A stretch of 64,000 nt of DNA. Origin: Octopus sinensis. Its lineage: Eukaryota. Numbering within the stretch: position 1 is the first letter of the stretch; each line of letters starts with the position of its first letter. The DNA is taken from positions 7,874,001 to 7,938,000 of the forward strand of contig NC_043005.1 in the NCBI RefSeq assembly GCF_006345805.1, written 5' to 3'. The notes beneath the pieces are model-generated. The model saw only the letters and a list, made by a program, of their open reading frames with translations. It searched no databases and was not told the DNA's origin. This document shows, piece after piece, positions 53,550-64,000 of this stretch. The position numbers were made by a program, and so were the translations under genes.

Positions 53550-53690
53550 CAACTGGTACTTAATTTATCGATCCCGAAAGGATGAAAGGCAAAGTTGACC
53601 TCGGCGGAATTTGAACTCAGAACGTACCGGCAGACGAAATACGGCTACGCATTTCGCCCGACGTGCTAACGTTTCTACCAGCTCGCCGCC
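53550..53690 (-). mobile_element. SINE family B, 5' half
   Basis: Reverse complement of 44532-44672. Confidence 0.85.
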
Positions 53691-53769
53691 TTAAGTTTTA
53701 TTACTCATAGTAATATTTTTATACATACCTTCGGTTTTTTTATCTAATATTTTATGCCTTCAGTTGAAA

Positions 53770-54127
<358 letters not shown>

Positions 54128-55574
54128 AGAGACTAAATACACATTTTAGCAAAGATATAGGTTCCAGTTATAGACATATTATATTTTAATCTTTATACAA
54201 AATATATCGTCACAGTCACTTTACTACTGAACTATTGAAGCAGTCAGTATGTAGTAGTACAACTTGTAAGAAAGAGCAATCAGTTTTCCTCGTGTCAGCT
54301 GATAGTCACGTCATAGTAGTAACTGATACAGTCTTGAAATATATCAGCAAAACTGGGTTGCCTTTGACTATAGGCTGGTTCGTTCGATCTTTGAATAAAT
54401 AAGAACAGCTATAAAAACAACACATTTTACTAAAAATAGCAACTAAATCTTCAACATGTCAATCTTTACCATCTTAAAAGAAAGGAAGCCCGAGTCTGAA
54501 AAGAAAAATTAAACATTATGGTCATGGACGTAGCGACTTTTTTTAAAAATATAAGTCTGCTTGGTCAGCGACGTCTTGTGCTAATCAGCAACATGGGAAA
54601 CTGCAAAAATTTTAATTATGATTAATACAAAAAGATAAAAAGAACAGGCATAGCCATCCGGACACAACGTCATCGCGGTTTTGCACTCTCATTAGAAACA
54701 TGTGAAGAGGAATGAACATCATAACTACTCATTTAATCTTTCTATTTGCTCCAAAGTGGAGGCCTTGTGTCAGTGTAAAAGATAATTTTAGCGCTGTTTA
54801 CATCTGAATAAATTTTCTCTGTTTGTATTTTTATCGATTTCAGTCAATCGAAATGTTTGAATTGTTTCTCAGCAATATTGTCTATTTTCTTCTAACAGCT
54901 TCTAATCTATCATGACAGCTTACATGAAATATTCATGGCCTCTTTTACATAATGCTTTTCAGTGGGAGAAACTAGAAGCAAAGATCAAAGCGTGAAAACA
55001 TTGGATTAATAACTTCTACTATTGGCCAAAACGAAAATATTAAAGTGACCTTTAAAACAAATAGTTTTGATAAAAGTTTTGTTTTAAATTTCCTTATAAA
55101 AATTTTGCTTTGTTTTGAAAATATAAAAAAAGAAAGACTTCTAACTGAAAGATATTTTTATGGAAACTTCAATCATCATTACAAACAAAAGAATTTTGCA
55201 TTATTTTTCTTCTCAATGTTCTCTGAGATATTCAACATCTCCACCAGCCTAATTTGGAGTACATATTGATATTAAGATGCAAGTGTATTCCAATGCCCAT
55301 TAAATTATAATTACTGTATATGTGAATATTTAATATCTTGCAAACAACTTAATTATAATTATTTTAAAGTACTCACGACATGTTTCACAATTTATTCGTT
55401 AAAAGTTGATGGTTTACTCTACCATTCATCTGAATTTCTCGCTTTTGTGCGTTCGTAGAACAAACGCACAAAGCGAGGCATCGCGAGTAACGAGAGAATG
55501 AAAAATCAGTTTCGAATGAATGATTATATTTTACATGAGCACTTCCTCTGTCAGTGCGCGAAAACACGTGTGTA

Positions 55575-56047
55575 TATGCATACATACAGACATGCGTGCA
55601 TACATACATACATACATACATACATGCATACACACTCGCATACATACATACATACATACATGCATACAATTCACATACATACATACATACATACATACAT
55701 ACATACATACATGCATACACACTCACATACATACATACATACATACATACATACATACATACATACATACATGCATACACACTCACATACATACATACAT
55801 ACATACATGCATACACACTCACATACATACATACATACATACATACATACATACGTACATGCATACACACTCACATACATACATACATACATACATACAT
55901 ACATACATACATGCATACACACTCACATACATGCATACATACATACATACATACATACATACATACATACATGCATACACACTCACATACATACATACAT
56001 ACATACATACATACATGCATACACACTCACATACATACATACATACA
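55575..56047. repeat. Minisatellite of CATGCATACACACTCA-(CATA)n units
   Basis: About nine recurrences of the 16-bp marker, separated by variable (CATA)n runs. Confidence 0.9.
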
Positions 56048-56094
56048 CGGTCGTGGCTGTGTGGTAAAAGGCTTGCTTCCCAACTATACGTTTC

Positions 56095-56242
56095 CAGGGG
56101 CCATGCAAGTTTACCAGATAGATGAGAGAGAATTGTAGAAAATGAAGGAGAATATATTTTAGATAAAAAAGGACTCTGTTTATCTTAATTTTAAAAAATA
56201 AAAGAAGTATAAAAAAACTGCAGTATTTATGGGAAGACCCAA
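56095..56242 (+). mobile_element. Mariner 3' end fragment
   Basis: LPDR*ERIVENEGEYILD* resembles the mariner C-terminus (L..RW..V....G.Y). It is followed by a short UTR ending GGGAAGACCCAA|TA. Confidence 0.6.
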
Positions 56243-56397
56243 TACATACATACAAACATACATACATACATACATACATACAATACATACATACATACAT
56301 ACATACATCCAAACATACATACATACATACATACATACACACATACATACATACATACATACATACATACATACGTACAATACATACATATATATAC

Positions 56398-57204
56398 TGT
56401 AGCATGGCAGTTTCAGCCATTTTGAAAAATGACTGTAGCGGTCTCTGGTATCCTCATTGTTTGAGAGAAATAACAAGAATGATCTCGTTTGAGATTACAA
56501 ACATCTTTGGCCAAGTTGTTCCAGTTGTAACCACTAACCTGATTGGTTGACATGTGACGCGATTTGTCTCTACTCATTTCGCGCCACTGTCCCAAGCCAA
56601 CCAATCACGGCCTTTGGTTAAGGTCCCATTTCTTAGGCTCGTTTGAGCTACCTTTCTTGTATATAAGGGAGTGTTTTCAGTATACTTGGTCTTTGGTTCC
56701 AGTCCTTGTAAGGACTAACTTCAGACCACAGCGCTACTCAACCCAGCGATATACGATTGCTCCTACTACAACTAGCGACGACGCTAATGTACACTCACCG
56801 CAGAAAGCCTACTATCTTCGCCGTCGCCACCATCATGTACCAACTTCGAGTCGCCTCTAACATCTTCGCCATACGAACTGTAAACCAATTTCCATTATTA
56901 ACTCTATGCATTGTACCTTTCTATGCCACACGCATTCACCCTGATTGTATCTGTCACACACACGAACACACAGACACAAAATTGTGTTGCATACGCACAT
57001 ACGTGCCAACACTTACAAACTTCTAACATTAGCACGATTGTAAATAACATAATATTTATCTCTCAACCGAAGGCTTGTCGTCAACTCACCTATGTTCTTT
57101 TGGTACTGCATTGTATTTATGGCTTATAATAATTCGTTAAGAATATGACCACGTGCGATCGTATTACCTACACAATGCGACCACGTGCCTTCATATTTCT
57201 TACA
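56398..57204. mobile_element. Probable solo LTR (TG...CA) inserted in a (TACA)n/(TA)n tract
   Basis: This is an 807-bp non-microsatellite block bounded by TGTAG...TTACA, with internal CCAAT boxes and TATATAA. Flanks ATAC/ATAT match at only 3 of 4 positions, so the TSD is imperfect. Confidence 0.45.
56540..56666. promoter_or_regulatory. Cluster of promoter-type motifs: inverted CCAAT pair, E2F-like TTTCGCGCC, TATA-like
   Basis: TGATTGGTT at 56540-56548, TTTCGCGCC at 56577-56585, AACCAATCA at 56599-56607 and TATATAA at 56660-56666. A YY1-like GCCATTTT lies at ~56416. These are motif matches only. Confidence 0.35.
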
Positions 57205-57251
57205 ATATATATGTATGTATTTATGTATGTATGTATATATATATATACATA

Positions 57252-57303
57252 CATGACCGCAATCGCATGACTTAAATAAAAGAATAAAAGAAAAACCAAT
57301 ATA

Positions 57304-57338
<35 letters not shown>

Positions 57339-57495
57339 TGTGTGTGCATGTGTGTGCGTGCGTTTTCACTGTCTTTGATTATTTGAATTCTTTCGCCCAA
57401 AAAGTAACTAGTTTCTAACAAAATACAAAGTTCTATCCTTGAAATGTGGATAACGCACATATGTATATATATATATTATATATATATATATATAT

Positions 57496-57543
<48 letters not shown>

Positions 57544-57611
57544 TGTATGTATGTATATATATATATACATATACATACATACATACTACATACATACATA
57601 CATACATATAT

Positions 57612-57646
<35 letters not shown>

Positions 57647-57667
57647 TATATTATATATATATATATG

Positions 57668-57699
<32 letters not shown>

Positions 57700-57967
57700 T
57701 GTATGTATGTATGTATGTATGTATGTATATATGTATCTATCTACATATACATACATACATATATATATATATATAATATATATATTATATATTATATATA
57801 TATATCTATATATATATATATATATATATCTATATATATACATATGTGCGTTATCCACATTTCAAGGATAGAACTTTGTATTTTTGTTAGAAACTAGTAC
57901 TTTTTGGGCGAAAGAATTCAAATAATCAAAGACAGTTGAAAACGCACGCACACACATGCACACACAC

Positions 57968-58009
<42 letters not shown>

Positions 58010-58061
58010 TATATTGGTTTTTCTTTTATTCTTTTATTTAAGTCATGCGATTGCGGTCATG
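57252..58061. repeat. 810-bp near-perfect inverted repeat with a microsatellite core
   Basis: 57252-~57470 is the reverse complement of ~57835-58061. The unique parts differ mainly by three single-base indels and one substitution. Confidence 0.9.
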
Positions 58062-58235
58062 CTGGGGCACCACCTTGAAGGGTTTTAGTCGAACAAGTCG
58101 ACTACAGGAATTATTTCTTAAACCCTGGTACTTATTCCATCGGTCTCTTTTGCCTAAGTTACAGGGACATAAACACACTACCACCGGTTGTCAAGCGTTG
58201 GCGGTGGGGATAAACACAGACAGATACACACACAC
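58020..58235 (-). mobile_element. SINE family A-related 3' half
   Basis: CATGCTGGGGCACCACCTTGAAGG...GGTTGTCAAGCG...AAACACAGACA parallels 1205-1370. Confidence 0.75.
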
Positions 58236-58420
58236 AGTAAGAAGAAAAAAAGGAACTAAAAAATCCAGGTAGATATCAATAAAGCACTCAGTTTTAAACG
58301 AATTTGATTAACTCTTCTATCAAACAATCACACACCAATATATGCAAGTAGAATATACATCCAAGTTATCATTTAAAAGAATTTCAAGAAATTCAGAGTA
58401 TTTGACAACAAAAATAAAAA

Positions 58421-58764
58421 GGGTAAAGACCCCCTTCGGTCATGAGTGACCATGGGTTTCCACCTAGAGAGTTACCATCTGAGGCACAAGTCTGGGCAAG
58501 GTTGTTTTTTATGGAAGACCAGTAGTCGCCCATGCATACCGGCCTCCCCTCTCCACGCCACCAGTGTTATCCAAGGGAAAGACAAAGGTCGATACAGCTT
58601 GGCACCTGTGACGTCGCAACTAATTTCTACATCCGAGTGAACTGGAGCAACGTGAAATAAAGTGTCTTGCTCAAGAATACAACACGTAGCCCGGTCCGGG
58701 ATTCGAGCTCATAACCTCACGATCGTAAGCTCGACGCTCTAACCACTGAGCCATGAGCCTTCAC
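58421..58764 (-). mobile_element. SINE family D
   Basis: Homologous to 9196-9532. Confidence 0.85.
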
Positions 58765-58924
58765 ACAAAAATACCGATAGAGAAAATCACATCTTTAATT
58801 GTTTCTTTTGTATCAACATATTTAGAAATAGAGAATATCATTCAAATGAACATATCCGAAAATACATGTTAACACAACGTTTTCAAGGTAATCCAAAATT
58901 AGTTAAATTCAAAGTAATTTTTCT

Positions 58925-59175
58925 CTATCCGTATTTTCGTTGTTATGTATATATAACCTCTGTTTTTGCATTCATGCGCCATGCTGGGCTGTGGAAATCT
59001 ACAAGTTATTTTTCATTCTCTCTCTGTTTATTTTCTCTTATTCTTTTCTGCTGAAGAGCGTAGGCTCGAAACGTAAAATACTTTTCCATTTTTTCCCGTG
59101 CATCAAAATAATACACTTGCTGGTTTCTCATACACCTGTCTTTATCTTTTATTTGTCTATAACTTTTAACCACAA
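58925..59175 (+). mobile_element. Possible Penelope-like LTR fragment with a hammerhead-like core
   Basis: It contains CTGAAGAGCGTAGGCTCGAAACGTA at 59051-59075. Boundaries are approximate. Confidence 0.4.
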
Positions 59176-59181
59176 ACACAC

Positions 59182-59214
<33 letters not shown>

Positions 59215-59330
59215 TGTATGTATGTATGTATGTATGTATGTATGTATGTATGTATGTATGTGTGTGTGTGTGTATGTATGTATGTGTGTATGTATGTATG
59301 TATGTATGTATGTATGTATGTATATATATG

Positions 59331-59382
<52 letters not shown>

Positions 59383-59619
59383 ATATATAATATATATATA
59401 TATATATGAACTTACTTTTAATAAGCTTCAGGTAGTGTGCTGCGTACCGTTACATTGTAAATAAATAATAGCTAAAAAACGTATACGTATAAGACACAGA
59501 GGCTCTCTAATTCTTCATCAGTTATCAATCAGAATAGCAATTAACAGTTTCGCGCCTTTAATGATAAAACTGAGGGTCTTCCCATTTTGGCGGTGCAGGC
59601 AATCGGGTCTCAATATGTA

Positions 59620-59777
59620 TATATACGACGGTTTTTTTTTCAGTTTCCTCTAGAACATGGCTTTGGTCTGCCCGCGTCTACAGTAGATGGCACTTGCCCA
59701 AAGTGCTACGCTGTGGGTCTGAATCCGGAACCATGTGGTTAGGAAGCAAGTTCCTTACCAACAGTCATGCCTGCGTC
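59620..59777 (-). mobile_element. SINE family A, decayed 5' half
   Basis: ATATACGACGG...CAGTTTCC...GGAACCATGTGGTTAGGAAGCAAG parallels 1420-1587. Confidence 0.75.
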
Positions 59778-59924
59778 TATATGTACACACACACATACAT
59801 ACACACGCACGCTACACACACAGACACGTATATATCCATATATATACATATATATATATATATACATATATGTATATATATATACATATACCTATATGTA
59901 ATATAAAGTTATAGTTATTTTTAT

Positions 59925-61130
<1,206 letters not shown>

Positions 61131-61499
61131 TAGTAATTTATATTTACACAGATCTTATATTTGTAGGAAAGTACATACTGAAGTGAATCAATCTTAGTAC
61201 GTATTTTACTACTATGAATTGCAACAATGAGAACCAAGTCAGACATGGCGGAATATGAATTCTAACTATCGTGGAATCAAACTAAGTACTGGCTTAATTA
61301 TTATGATACTCTACTATGTTTGTCTTTCTGTCGTCCTTGCACGGCATATATTGTTTCTGGTTTTGGCACAAAGCCAGCAATTTTGAGAGGAGAGAGAGTA
61401 GTTGATGCTATCGATTCCAGCGTTTGAACGCTGTAGAATTTGGTCTCACGATGTAAAGAAAATGACCAATTATCGCAATGTATTTTGCCGATGTTATAG

Positions 61500-61736
61500 C
61501 TATTCTACTAACTTACTTCTCATACTGGTTTCAAATTTTGGTACAAGACCAACAATTTCGAGAAACGGGTAAGTCGATTACATTGTCCCCAGGGCTCAGC
61601 TGGTACCTATTTCATCGACCCTGTAGGGACGAAAGGCAAAGTCGACTCCGGCGCCATTTGAACTCAGAACATAAAGTCGGAAAAATGCCGCCAAGCATTT
61701 CATTCTCTGCGGAAACGACTCTGCCAACTCGCCACC
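61500..61736 (-). mobile_element. SINE family B, decayed
   Basis: GAAAGGCAAAGTCGACTCCGGCGCCATTTGAACTCAGAAC...CTGCCAACTCGCCACC. Confidence 0.75.
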
Positions 61737-62281
61737 TTAATCCACTACTCATATAAAAAAAAATACAAGTAAATTTCGAAACACATATGCACATACACAA
61801 ACACACTCGTTTATACTCGTTCCCACAGAAACATAACAGAATTTAAGATGAGTAAATTTTATTTTGTGTTAAGCACTGCCATAAAATTTAAACCTTATAG
61901 TAATTCCAGAAAAATATGTTGTTCAAAGTATGTTGTTCAAACAAGTTTTCATACGACTGTAAACAAATTATTATCTCCAACCGCTCCGCTATCATGTTAA
62001 TAAGGTATGTAAGAAATACTGTGAGGGAAATGTAGAGATAAAGTAAAATAAAGCAAAAAAAAAAAAGAAAGAAAAAATTGCCGTCAGATATAAAGAGATT
62101 TTAATGAAATTCATTTGATCGACGTTCATGAAAGCCTGAGGTTAGTTTCTAGTTAAGTAACTACTGTTCACTCTGAAGTAATATGGTCATATGCAGTTAC
62201 TTTAGTATAAGTAAGATGGAAGCTCACATATATTGCAACCGGAGGGTATATTTATCTCCCCTGTTTTTCATTTCACGGCAG

Positions 62282-62349
62282 AATTACATCTCTTACGCAC
62301 TGTGATTCAGAAGTTCATATTTTATAATTGATTTGTCTTGGAAGTGAAG
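62282..62349 (+). other. Candidate 68-nt exon with stops in all three frames (non-coding or poison exon)
   Basis: It has acceptor CTCCCCTGTTTTTCATTTCACGGCAG and donor AAG|GTAAGA. Confidence 0.4.
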
Positions 62350-62779
62350 GTAAGAATATAATGTTTAGTGAAGCGAATGTATATTATCGAATATCAACAG
62401 TTAATAAGATGGGTTTGCCCCTAATTTTAATATGATTTCTTATCAAATATCAAAGTATATACAACAGTACTGAATTAAATCAAAATGCATGAAACAACAC
62501 CGAGGCAAACACAGGATGACCTAAATTATTGAAGACAAATCTACAATTTTAATTAGACTAATCCATTCTCAAATATATTTGTAACTATAAGCATGTAAAT
62601 ATGTAGAAAAAACTACAGGATCATATTACATTACACAGAAATTGTAGTGAACCATTCTATACACATCCCTTCTAAAATTCTCCCGCCTCTACTTCTCAAA
62701 TCCGTTGTCTTAGATCGAAAGCTGAATCTACCCATCTGAAAATTGTCTCACTGGCCTGCACTCGTTCTCATACACACAG

Positions 62780-62797
62780 AAGCGCCAAAAATACAGG
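62780..62797 (+). CDS. Candidate 18-nt microexon (KRQKYR)
   Basis: It has acceptor CTCGTTCTCATACACACAG and donor AGG|GTGAGT. It is phase 0-0 and in frame after 43608. Confidence 0.4.
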
Positions 62798-64000
62798 GTG
62801 AGTACTTTTTAATTTCCTGTCGAGAGGATTACGTCTAATGTTTCAGAACCTTTCTACCCAATTTACAAAAGCTCTCATCCTTTACTCATCACGCACGCTT
62901 GCAATCGCTAGTGTGGCCTTCTACATTGTTATTCAGCCAACTAGTATTAACAAATATTCATCAGTTCACACCATGCTTAATTAAAAAAATAGTATTCATT
63001 GAATAATATAATTCTAGATACAATATATTCTAAGACAAATGGTCACAGATAGGATTCTTTGATCAAATGTCTGCTCACTCTTAGTAACAGAACACCCGTT
63101 AATCAGAAACTGTATTACTTTCATTGCCTTGAAACTAAGTAGCCACAACTCTTCATTATCGTCATTAAACCTTTCAACGCCTTCTCGCTCCCCAGGGAAT
63201 CTATATTATCTAAGAAAGACACCATAGTGGGTCCCATAGCCAAGAAAATATGAGGTACATTGCAACATGCTCTATTTCTCCTTTTCTGGAGAATAGCGAC
63301 ATCACGTAAAGATAACAGCGACATCACAGATAGCCAACCCCATCACTCTAGGTCTGTCTTCATTTTGTGATCATAAGTACAGTTTCTGTAGTAATATACT
63401 GCAGTTATTTTCGTCTTAATTACACGTCGGTGGTCCGTTACACTCGAGAACTTCAATGAAAACAGTGCCATTACACATAGCATCAACAACCCATCAACAG
63501 AATCAGATATGAGAAGATCCTTGTTACGTGAATCTATCACGAGTTTTATTTCTATTTCATGTATCTTGGAAGTTAACTTTCAGAACACTCCACCTCTGCC
63601 TGAACTGTTGAAACTTTTGCCTGACTACATTCTATCAACTGCTATAAAGTTAATTCGTCTCTTGAACCACTACCTTTGTATATTAATCACCTAGTTGCTG
63701 TTAATTCCAACCACGCAAACACCTGTTGTCATATGAATACGATAACAAAATTCTTTTTTTCATTAATTTCTACTCACAGTCGTTATTCATACATAACCTT
63801 AATATCTTAAATCAGATATGTCTTGTTTTAACAAACAGAAATCTTTAAAATTTTTGCAAATGAGAATATGAGAATTTCAACAGAACAAATACATATTTGA
63901 TACATGTATAATAGAAAAAGTATTGCACCGTGCACATCCTCTTTCACACGAACAACATATAACTAGATAATTCAAAACAGCTTCAATTTTGAATTCTCAA

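Overview
AT-rich, repeat-saturated animal genomic DNA. The SINE families, microsatellite load and TTAGGG tract point to an octopus or coleoid cephalopod (inference from recognised repeat families). Most of the window is intronic or intergenic. It holds four tRNA-derived SINE families (my labels A-D), six non-autonomous Helitrons, five Tc1/mariner remnants, an R4/Dong-type and an RTE-type LINE 3' fragment, a MITE carrying telomeric repeats, a probable solo LTR and Penelope-like pLTR fragments. Nearly all long ORFs in the supplied track are microsatellite artefacts. The only credible host-coding signal is a + strand spliced gene of unknown family, with exons at 33621-33706 and 43432-43608 and possibly an 18-nt microexon at 62780-62797. 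The most interesting element is a complete minimal type I hammerhead ribozyme fold at 41733-41773 (- strand). It carries the non-canonical but compensatory U3-A8 core pair and sits in a Penelope-like pLTR with a 60-bp terminal fold-back. No CRISPR array, rRNA or genuine tRNA gene was seen.
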